Shown one piece after another: positions 54,501-64,000 of a stretch of DNA of 64,000 nucleotides. Position numbers and translations under genes: made by a program. The notes below the pieces were generated by a model, which saw only the letters and a list, made by a program, of their open reading frames with translations, was not told where the DNA came from and did no database searches. How positions within the stretch are numbered: position 1 is the first letter of the stretch; every line of letters begins with the position of its first letter. Origin of the DNA: Macrostomum hystrix. Lineage: Eukaryota > Animalia > Platyhelminthes. The stretch spans positions 3,720,001 to 3,784,000 of the forward strand of contig CATNEN010000034.1 in assembly GCA_950097015.1 (NCBI GenBank). Reading direction: 5' to 3'.

Positions 54501-55765
54501 GCTAAAAGGCTAGAGCTACACAGCTGGATCTACTAATGAAATTTAGCAGACCCAGTATTGATTTTATGCAGCCGCCAACTGCTGAAGTGTTGAGGCCCGG
54601 TTCAAATATTAACGCAGCAGTCGCGAAGCAAGGCAGTTTAGTTTAGGCAGGAAAGACTGCACAAGGCAGCTGCTTGCCTTCCCACCAAAACAATTTTTGC
54701 CCAGCAGCCTATTGTGTTTATCACTTTACTACGTAAATAACTAACAGGGGCTTGCCTCTCCTCATTTGTATAATTCATGTTGCTGTTTGCTGTGCTGAAA
54801 TTCCAATCAATACTGTCTAAAATAGTATGATTCTGAAGGCTGCGGTATAAAAAAGCTTTTTTATAAAGCTTTAGAGGTTTTGTGCGTTCTTGTTGCTGTT
54901 CACGTGTCCTGTTGATGAGGGGTTGAGTTTTTTAGGCAGAATTTTTTTGGACGCCGCCTTGGAGAGAATGCTTGACGACGACAACAAAGAAAATCAGGAC
55001 AGATTTACATACCTGTGTGTGTGTGCATGCGTACGCATGTGTGTGCTCAGGACTTAGCAAACTGTGTATTTAATGAGTGTTTAATAGTTCTGGTTCTACG
55101 CACTGAGCATTGTACGCACCGACCTGTTTAACATTCCGCCAGGGCAGCAGATGGTCCGGCCACCATTGCGGTTTTGCAGCCAGATTATCCCAGAGCAGCT
55201 GTCCACGTCCTGTAGACAGCTTGAGCATTTCGGGAACAAATCTTCTCAGCTGGCCAACCGGCATTTCCTCCAATCGGACTTGCTCGCCTTCAACAATGAG
55301 CTCCGGCAGGGACACGCAAGGTGACGAGCTACCAAGAGCGGATGCGGAGGCCGCGGCAGTGGCCAGTAGCGACTCGCTGGTCCAAGCCGTGACTTCTGGT
55401 GCCAGAAGGCGGAGGTGGCTGCGCAAGGGCTCGCTGCCTTCCACGCTCATCTGCCATTGAAACTCATCTGCATCGTCGGCAGACGCTTGGGCGTTCTGCG
55501 GGCGACGCCGTTCCAGCAGGACCACGGCACACTGACGCATAGCGCCGCCAGCCCTGGCCAGACGGCAAGCTCGGCGGGCCAGGTCGCGAAACGCGGCCGA
55601 GGCGGCTGCGGCGGCGGCGGCGGACGTGGATTCTTTGAACTGTCGGGCATTGGCGCGGCATCGATGCTTCCCAGCACTGTTGGCGCGGTCGCCTCCAGCA
55701 TCGGCGACGAAGGCACGTTTAGACTGCAGTTGTTTTGTTTTAGTTGATGAAGAACTCGTTTCCAT
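51548..55765 (-). CDS. NRF1: NRF1/erect-wing/P3A2-family transcription factor with two copies of the DNA-binding region, 3 coding exons, about 569 aa
   Basis: Exons 55124-55765, 52222-52721, 51548-52115, in frame. Copy 1, across the first intron: LPELIVEG...QLRRFVPEMLKLSTGRGQLLW...KPQWWPDHLLPWRNVKQ|DWRTNEQRNRVSSHAEALREVVRRCY, closely matching the NRF1 DBD. Copy 2: LPVLIRRG...IRWG...RPAWWPLDVLPF...EDRRTERER...YTSALREAVRACYQYYGQEHLI. The start codon and 5' exons are uncertain. Confidence 0.8.
52915..53105. repeat. Dispersed repeat copy related to 15408-15620
   Basis: Direct-orientation similarity by eye, with indels. Confidence 0.6.
53525..54469 (-). CDS. Intronless secreted protein: signal peptide, Cys-rich N-terminal region, C-terminal concanavalin A/LamG-like domain; nested in NRF1-like intron 1
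   Basis: ATG at 54469 begins MLSVKSVYLYALLLTAVSAG (hydrophobic leader), followed by many Cys. C-terminal pattern FDGSSSY...FTWLMRL...WIDIAVSR...QIYFNG...IAIGR...FFKGII is typical of LamG/pentraxin-like folds. Exon-like GC content; ATTAAA lies shortly after the stop. Confidence 0.7.
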   Translation of the reverse strand: MLSVKSVYLYALLLTAVSAGCRRRWCKLTNQCLTGSAAIDCWQAPSVIPCLFRSSSLSGDLVAQWGERTAACCLFHYQTVCRDIQPIAVESPTASRCAVYRVSSLSSCSESLAAHFVGVWLAGGDSRFDNLVCQADAGHYRLSSENVKWTEDGAEFDGSSSYASTVDVGNIVSGGRFTWLMRLRRLPKVQPFFDTANCSDSTKLGPHFWEHDQPNRMLYNVPIGFYTSLNVLPNSAETWIDIAVSRSDSVSQIYFNGSFVASKIGDFRLPSACHIIAIGRRFPNRFFKGIIRAAVMANLNMTMQQISKFFSLLP

Positions 55766-55964
55766 AGGGTAAACCTTACAATAAGGTTAACCCTTAACCC
55801 ATCCTGGTTAATAAATAACCCCACAGCCCTCAACTGCCATTCATTCAGTAATTTGTCATGTTCAACGCCTCTCGGCATAAGGGTAAAAGCTAGACCGAGA
55901 ATTCATAATAATAAAAGGGGAGAGATATGATAAAAAACATAAACTACACATGGCTGTTAGGCAA

Positions 55965-57185
55965 CACTCCTCCTGGTCATTGGGCAACCCTTAACTCCTC
56001 CTGGTCATTGGGCAACCCTCAATCACCTCCTGGTCATCGGGCAACCCTTAACTCCTCCTGGTCATTGGGCAACCCTTAACTCCTGGTCATCGGGCAACCC
56101 TTAACTCCTCCTGGTCATCGGGCAACCCTTAACTCCTCCTGGTCATTGGGCAACCCTTAACTCGTCCTGGTCATCGGGCAACCCTTAACTGCTCCTGGTC
56201 ATCGGGCAACCCTTAACTCCTCCTGGTCATCGGGCAACCCTTAACTCCTCCTGGTCATTGGGCAACCCTTAACTCGTCCTGGTCATTGGACAACCCTTAA
56301 CTCCTCCTGGTCATTGGGCAACCCTTAACTCCTCCTGGTCATCGGGCAACCCTTAACTCCTCCTGGTCGTTGGGCAACCCTCAACTCCTCCTGGTCATTG
56401 GGCAACCCTTAACTCCTCCTGGTCATCGGGCAACCCTTAACTCCTCCTGTTCATCGGGCAACCCTCAACTCCTCCTGGTCATTGGGCAACCCTCAATCAC
56501 CTGCTGGTCATTGGGCAACCCTCAACTCCTCCTGGTCATTGGGCAACCCTTAACTCCTCCTGGTCATTGGGCATCCCTCAACTCCTCCTGGTCATAGGGC
56601 AACCCTGAACTCTTCCTGGTCATTGGGCAACCCTCAATCACCTCCTGGTCATTGGGCAACCCTCAACCACCTCCTGGTCATTGGGCAACCCTCAACCACC
56701 TCCTGGTCATCGGGCAACCCATAACTCCTCCTGGTCGTTGGGCAACCCTTAACTCCTCCTGGTCATTGGGCAACCCTTAACTCCTCCTGGTCATCGGGCA
56801 ACCCTTAACTCCTCCTGGTCGTTGGGCAACCCTCAACTCCTCCTGGTCATTGGGCAACCCTTAACTCCTCCTGGTCATCGGGCAACCCTTAACTCCTCCT
56901 GGTCATTGGGCAACCCTTAACTCCTCCTGTTCATCGGGCAACCCTCAACTCCTCCTGGTCATTGGGCAACCCTCAATCACCTCCTGGTCATTGGGCAACC
57001 CTCAACTCCTCCTGGTCATTGGGCAACCCTTAACTCCTCCTGGTCATTGGGCATCCCTCAACTCCTCCTGGTCATAGGGCAACCCTGAACTCTTCCTGGT
57101 CATTGGGCAACCCTCAACTCTTCCTGGTCATTGGGCAACCCTCAACTCTTCCTGGTCATTGGGCAACCCTCAACTACCTCCTGGC
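55965..57185. repeat. Minisatellite block 1 (29 bp, GGTCATTGGGCAACCCTTAACTCCTCCT-type) upstream of the NRF1-like CDS
   Basis: About 42 tandem copies. Confidence 0.95.
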
Positions 57186-57719
57186 CGAGCCCTTAGTAGT
57201 TTAAGAAAAATTCAGTAATAAAATTTCGACGTAGTCAGCAGCTGATTATGAATTATCAAGCTTTCGTGAGTTCACATTTCTTACTCAGAAAATCTATTTA
57301 TTGAATTTTTTGCTATGCTTTTTCTTTGATAGCACAAGAGACAAGGAGAGTGAAAAGGTTAATCAGAACTTTGAAACTTCACCAGTAGTATTTTGTCTGC
57401 AGAGATTTAGAACTTCACAAACGGATTCGCCCCACGCTTCGTTCTCTTTGGAAACTAGAAATTAGAAAACTTGCTCACAACTTTGAAATTATTCTGACTA
57501 ACATGTGAATTCCGAAAATGATAATGGCACATGTAACAGATAATATCCAGCTTTTAAATTTAAATTAACTTAACATGACAACACTGTGAGAAAGTTAAAC
57601 AAAATTTATTGCTGGAATGCAAAAATATATGGGACGAAAAAACAGGAAAAGCAAAACTAAACAATTACCTTTTTCAATTAGCATCTTGATGAACGACTTA
57701 TTGGGATTTCTATTGAATA

Positions 57720-59312
57720 ATTGAGCAACCCTCAACCACCTCCTGGTCATTGGGCAACCCTCAACTCCTCCTGGTCATTGGGCAACCCTCAACCACCTGG
57801 TCATTGGGCAACCCTCAACCACCTGGTCATTGGGCAACCCTCAACTCCTCCTGGTTATTGGGCAACCCTCAACCACCTGGTCATTGGGCAACCCTCAACT
57901 CCTCCTGGTCATTGGGCAACCCTCAACTCCTCCTGGTCATTGGGCAACCCTCAACCACCTGGTCATTGGGCAACCCTCAACTCCTCCTGGTCATTGGGCA
58001 ACCCTCAACCACCTCCTGGTCATTGGGCAACCCTCAACCACCTCCTGGTCATTGGGCAACCCTCAACCACCTCCTGGTCATTGGGCAACCCTCAACCACC
58101 TCCTGGTCATTGGGCAACCCTCAACCACCTCCTGGTCATTGGGCAACCCTCAACCACCTCCTGGTCATTGGGCAACCCATAACTCCTCCAGGTCGTTGGG
58201 CAACCCTTAACTCCTCCTGGTCATTGGACAACCCTTAACTCCTCCTGGTCATTGGGCAACCCTCAACCACCTCCTGGTCATTGGGCAACCCTCAACTCCT
58301 CCTGGTCATTTAGCAACCCTCAACCACCTCCTGGTCATTGAGCAACCCTCAACCACCTCCTGGTCATTGGGCAACCCTCAACCACCTCCTGGTAATTGGG
58401 CAACCCTCAACTCCTCCTGGTCATTGGGCAACCCTCAACCACCTGGTCATTGGGCAACCCTCAACTCCTCCTGGTCATTGGGCAACCCTCAACCACCTCC
58501 TGGTCATTGGGCAACCCTCAACTCCTCCTGGTCATTTAGCAACCCTCAACCACCTCCTGGTCATTGGGCAACCCTCAACCACCTCCTGGTCATTGGGCAA
58601 CCCTCAACCACCTCCTGGTCATTGGGCAACCCTCAACCACCTCCTGGTCATTGGGCAACCCATAACTCCTCCAGGTCGTTGGGCAACCCTTAACTCCTCC
58701 TGGTCATTGGACAACCCTTAACTCCTCCTGGTCATTGGGCAACCCTCAACCACCTCCTGGTCATTGGGCAACCCTCAACTCCTCCTGGTCATTTAGCAAC
58801 CCTCAACCACCTCCTGGTCATTGAGCAACCCTCAACCATCTCCTGGTCATTGAGCAACCCTCAACCACCTCCTGGTCATTGGGCAACCCATAACTCCTCC
58901 AGGTCGTTGGGCAACCCTTAACTCCTCCTGGTCATTGGACAACCCTTAACTCCTCCTGGTCATTGGGCAACCCTCAACCACCTCCTGGTCATTGGGCAAC
59001 CCTCAACTCCTCCTGGTCATTTAGCAACCCTCAACCACCTCCTGGTCATTGAGCAACCCTCAACCATCTCCTGGTCATTGAGCAACCCTCAACCACCTCC
59101 TGGTCATTGGGCAACCATCAAACATCTCCTGGTCATTGGGCAACCCTCAACCACCTCCTGGTCATTGAGCAACCCTCAACCACCTCCTGGTCATTGGGCA
59201 ACCCTCAACCATCTCCTGGTCATTGGGCAACCCTCAACCACCTCCTGGTCATTAGGCAACCCTCAACCACCTCCTGGTCATTGGGCAACCCTCAACCACC
59301 TCCTGGTCGTTA
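57720..59312. repeat. Minisatellite block 2 (26/29 bp, GGTCATTGGGCAACCCTCAACCACCTCCT), same family as block 1
   Basis: About 55 copies; this is the source of many spurious ORFs. Confidence 0.95.
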
Positions 59313-60404
59313 GGTTATAAGAAATTTCAGAATATTCAGCTTAAAGTACATTCGACTTGTTAAATACAAGTATATATAAACAAAAAACAATTATTAGCTT
59401 AAGTTCAGGCAAATAAAGTGCAGAAGCAGTTAGCGAATTCTAGATACTAAAAAGAAATTAGCTAAATAAAACAGAATAATATAATTAAAATGCAAACAAC
59501 TTTTTTTGACAAACACGACTGCTCGAAAGCAGCAGAAGTACAGAACAATTCAACAAATACGAGTAGACTCATAGATGTGCAATAAGCTTTGATTATAAAG
59601 TAATCATTGCTGAAGATAATTTGCAATCACTTGAATTAGTAACTTACCTATTGATGAATTACAAAGAAGACAAACAAAAAAACTGTAAAAAGCCGAATGG
59701 AAATTGAGAGTTAAATAGAATAGCAACTAATAAGTACTGGACAGAAATGAAAAACGACAATAACTATTAGAACTTTCGTTCTAGATCAAGACATTTTGGT
59801 TCGATTTTACCTAGCACAAAATTTAGTACCCGACGTGTATAGAAAAACATAAAATTAATTATGTTACAAAATCCCTTTAAGCGCGATACAGCATTATTTT
59901 TGGCACGATAAGTGCAGGGAAATAGCTTGGACACTTACTACACACCGCGCCTAGATAAGCACATTATTCAGCACAGATAGCGGAAAAAACTTTTGTAAGT
60001 ATGACAAAAAAACTATCGCCTATCATATTTTAAGCGCATGACTTATTAAATGTTTTCATAGAAAATGTATTTCCTTTATAAACTAATGATTTCAATGAAG
60101 TACTAAACAGTGTTATAGTGTGTACAGAATTTTAATTTAGAAATAGCGTGTAGATCAGCGGATAAGCGAGAATGTTCATGAACGATGCGTATAATATTAA
60201 ATTTCCTTTATCAGTAGAATATAAAGCAAAAAGTTAATAATCTTTCAAATCGGCAAGGACTTAGGCTAAAAGTACACGTATTTCCTAATCCACACTTTAG
60301 AGTTTATACTGGTTAACACACTAATTGTGGGACACAATCCACAAATTGATATATGCTGCAGGGTTCCAACAAAAACATCTGAAGATCCCAACTCGACTGT
60401 TCTG

Positions 60405-60775
60405 AGAAATCCCAGCATCCAATATTCTGAAATCCCAGCATTAAACATCCTGATATACCAGCATCCCATTTTCTGAAATCCCAGCATCCAATATCCCGAA
60501 ATCCCAGCATCCAATATCCTGAAATCCCAGCATCCAACATCCTGAAATCCCAGCTTCCAATATCCTGAAATTCCAGCGTCCAATATCCTGAAATCCCAGC
60601 ATCCAATATCCTGAAATCCCAGCATCCAATATCCTGAAATCCCAGCATCCAACATCCTGAAATCCCAGCATCCAATATCCTGAAATCCCAGCATCCAATA
60701 TCCTGAAATCCCAGCATCCAACATCCTGAAATCCCAGCATCCAACATCCTGAAATCCCAGCATCCAATATCCTAA
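60405..60775. repeat. Minisatellite (23 bp, ATCCTGAAATCCCAGCATCCAAT) just downstream of the FUT8 stop
   Basis: About 16 copies. Confidence 0.92.
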
Positions 60776-60822
60776 AATAAATGATGCAATCCATGCTTTT
60801 CAAATTCTGCAACTAAAGACAG

Positions 60823-63822
60823 TTAAACTCCGGGTCTCATTTCTGCTTTGCGCACAATGAGGTCAGCTTTGAAGGCCGGGAATAATCCGGCCTTGCCGAG
60901 TCGCCGGCTCTTGCCCAGGCTGTAGCCGTCCCAGTGATTGCCGGCCAGGCCAATCACATCGCCCGGCTCCATGTCCAGCTCAGAGGCGTCGCGCGCTTTG
61001 TGGGCAAATCTGGCCGACACTTCCAGCGGCAGTTGGCCGCCGAAATAGTACACATCGTCCAGGGAATGATAGCGGTGCGATGAGTCGTCTTGTCCAACCT
61101 AGCATGGATTCGGAATGTAAAAAGGATATGTAATTTAAAGTGGATAGGTAGTGTAATGTTATGTGATATAATGTGGATTCAAGTAAGCGGGCAGTGGGTG
61201 ATGTCGAGGGCATGAGTAAATGCCCGAGAAATGGGTAATCAGGACATAGAGTGCTTTTATTCAGTGGCTTAAGCTTCTGATCGCGAGGTCGGGAGTTCGA
61301 ATCTCAACCAAAAGGAAGCATGAGTAATCAGATGTCAGGATGTGGATAAAAAGTTTACAGTTAAGAAGGTCATAAGCCGGATGATCAAAAATCAATCAAT
61401 ACACTCCCTCCTCACCTGCATAATTTCGTAGGCCAATCGGCACACCTGGGACGAGAAGGTGCACACCAAATAATCTGTTTTACTAAGCAGCCAGACGTCG
61501 CTAATGACGCCGCGCAGTCCGCCGTCCGAGTATCGATCCCTGACGCTGGCAGAGCGGGAACTGGACACGTCAGACAGGAATGTGTAAGCCGGGTATCGCT
61601 TCACAGCTTCGTTCAACAGATTGGCATCGTCCGTGGCTAGAAATACTCGCATCTTCTCCGGCTTGCCGTGGCGCAGCTCGTAAGACTTATAGAATTCTTC
61701 AACCCAGCGCATGTACTCGCCGATGTCATGAAATGCGGCCTCGCTGCCAATTTTGTCGGTTCGGCGAACCTGTCACAAATACCACAGTTAGATATCAGGT
61801 TTCGTTAGTTTTAACTGCAAATAACAAGGACAACTAGTGGTACTTTCATCAAGTAGAACCGCAATAAAGAATTTTTATTTTGATGGTTCTATACAGTTAA
61901 GTCTTTGTTAATAGGGCCGTTATCCAGTAGCCCTTATTTAAAATTTTGCTATCGACTAATATTTATTTAGAATGCCGCTATCCAGTAGTCCTTATTTAGA
62001 ATGCCGCTATCCAGTAGTCCTTATTTAGAATGCCGCTATCCAGTAATCCTTATTTAGAATGCCGCTATCCAGTAATCCTTATTTAGAATGCCGCTATCCA
62101 GTAGTCCTTATTTAGAATGCCGCTATCCAGTAGTCCTTATTTAGAATGCCGCTATCCAGTAATCCTTATTTAGAATGCCGCTATCCAGTAATCCTTATTT
62201 AGAATGCCGCTATCCAGTAATCCTTATTTAGAATGCCGCTATCCAGTAATCCTTATTTAGAATGCCGCTATCCAGTAATCCTTATTTAGAATGCCGCTAT
62301 CCAGTAATCCTTATTTAGAATGCCGCTATCCAGTAGTCCTTATTTAGAATGCCGCTATCCAGTAATCCTTATTTAGAATGCCGCTATCCAGTAATCCTTA
62401 TTTAGAATGCCGCTATCCAGTAATCCTTATTTAGAATGCCGCTATCCATTAGTCCTTATTTAGAATGCCGCTATCCAGTAATCCTTATTTAGAATGCCGC
62501 TATCCAGTAGTCCTTATTTAGAATGCCGCTATCCAGTAGTCCTTATTTAGAATGCCGCTATCCAGTAATCCTTATTTAGAATGCCGCTATCCAGTAATCC
62601 TTATTTAGAATGCCGCTATCCAGTAATCCTTATTTAGAATGCCGCTATCCAGTAATCCTTATTTAGAATGCCGCTATCCATTAGTCCTTATTTAGAATGC
62701 CGCTATCCAGTAATCCTTATTTAGAATGCCGCTATCCAGTAGTCCTTATTTAGAATGCCGCTATCCAGTAATCCTTATTTAGAATGCCGCTATCCAGTAG
62801 TCCTTATTTAGAATGCCGCTATCCAGTAATCCTTATTTAGAATGCCGCTATCCAGTAATCCTTATTTAGAATGCCGCTATCCAGTAATCCTTATTTAGAA
62901 TGCCGCTATCCAGTAGTCCTTATTTAGAATGCCGCTATCCAGTAGTCCTTATTTAGAATGCCGCTATCCAGTAATCCTTATTTAGAATGCCGCTATCCAG
63001 TAATCCTTATTTAGAATGCCGCTATCCATTAGTCCTTATTTAGAATGCCGCTATCCAGTAATCCTTATTTAGAATGCCGCTATCCAGTAATCCTTATTTA
63101 GAATGCCGCTATCCAGTAGTCCTTATTTAGAATGCCGCTATCCATTAGTCCTTATTTAGAATGCCGCTATCCAGTAATCCTTATTTAGAATGCCGCTATC
63201 CAGTAATCCTTATTTAGAATGCCGCTATCCAGTAATCCTTATTTAGAATGCCGCTATCCATTAGTCCTTATTTAGAATGCCGCTATCCAGTAATCCTTAT
63301 TTAGAATGCCGCTATCCAGTAATCCTTATTTAGAATGCCGCTATCCAGTAGTCCTTATTTAGAATGCCGCTATCCAGTAATCCTTATTTAGAATGCCGCT
63401 ATCCAGTAATCCTTATTTAGAATGCCGCTATCCAGTAATCCTTATTTAGAATGCCGCTATCCAGTAATCCTTATTTAGAATGCCGCTATCCAGTAATCCT
63501 TATTTAGAATGCCGCTATCCATTAGTCCTTATTTAGAAGTCCGCGAGAGTTTGCTGTAAAATTCAGCTAACCTGAACTCCAACAATTGGTCTGGCAAAGC
63601 CCAGCCGTATCATATTGTCGTCCAATTGTTTTTGAAAGGCCGCATTCGGTCGCATAATGTAGCTGGATAAAACGCCGGCGAACCATACAAACGGATTGCC
63701 GTGAAGGCCGGATAATTCTTCGTGCAAATCGGCCGGTACAGCCTGCGGCAGGTAGGCCGGCTTGTGCGCCATCGCGTCAATGATTGGCACTTCAACTATT
63801 TGCGCGTTCTCTGCACCGGCGG
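60823..63822 (-). CDS. FUT8: Alpha-(1,6)-fucosyltransferase, last three exons (5' part outside the window)
   Basis: Exons 63572-63822, 61416-61769, 60823-61098, in frame. Motifs: [25 protein letters not shown]|[68 protein letters not shown], and the SH3 region [17 protein letters not shown]. Confidence 0.95.
61261..61310 (+). other. Degenerate tRNA-like (Pol III A/B box) sequence, possibly a SINE head, in a FUT8 intron
   Basis: TCAGTGGCTTAAG (A-box-like) followed by GGGAGTTCGAATCTC (B-box/T-loop). No complete cloverleaf. Confidence 0.4.
61965..63540. repeat. Minisatellite (29 bp, AGAATGCCGCTATCCAGTAATCCTTATTT) in a FUT8 intron
   Basis: About 54 nearly identical copies. Confidence 0.96.
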
Positions 63823-64000
63823 CTGATAGAAATGGAATGCGTTAGAGACAAAGGGATTATTATTGATTGATTTACAGAAAATCAAGAAATTCATCTGAAA
63901 ACCAAGACCAACTAGGTGACTGACAGGTGAGTTGAGGCTAGCTGGGTGAGATACAGACAGTGATTGACACTGACAGGTGAGTTATGGATAGGTGGGTGAC

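Noticed and set aside
55026-55039. Palindrome CATGCGTACGCATG as an autoregulatory NRF1 site
   Set aside because: It does not match GCGCATGCGC and is embedded in a TG/CA microsatellite, where such palindromes arise easily.

Overview
Eukaryotic (metazoan) genomic DNA with GC-rich exons and AT-rich or minisatellite-filled introns. The style suggests a free-living flatworm such as Macrostomum, but this is inference only. Ten protein-coding genes were reconstructed by hand from GT-AG splice sites and reading-frame continuity. Plus strand (0.5-16.4 kb): PFKFB, IFT25/HSPB11, NDUFB8. Minus strand (17-64 kb): VWA5A-like, MSH2, CTNNBL1, ATAD5/ELG1-like, an NRF1/erect-wing-like factor with two DNA-binding-domain copies, a secreted LamG-type gene nested in the NRF1 intron on the same strand, and the 3' part of FUT8. 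About 20 kb (roughly 30%) is tandem minisatellite, with a different 16-37 bp unit in almost every large intron. Mobile DNA includes two internally deleted mariner elements, a decayed LINE RT fragment, MITE-like elements and a TA-flanked TIR element carrying a higher-order repeat. The most notable observations: (1) CTNNBL1 has a 3' splice acceptor exactly where its conserved initiator Met should be, suggesting the AUG comes from a trans-spliced leader within a possible ATAD5-CTNNBL1-MSH2 operon; (2) a 188-bp insertion with a 14-bp target-site duplication carries a minimal hammerhead ribozyme; (3) the NRF1-like gene has a doubled domain and a same-strand nested gene; (4) the intron-specific minisatellites often carry AG|GT splice-like motifs. 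No CRISPR array, rRNA or intact tRNA gene was seen.
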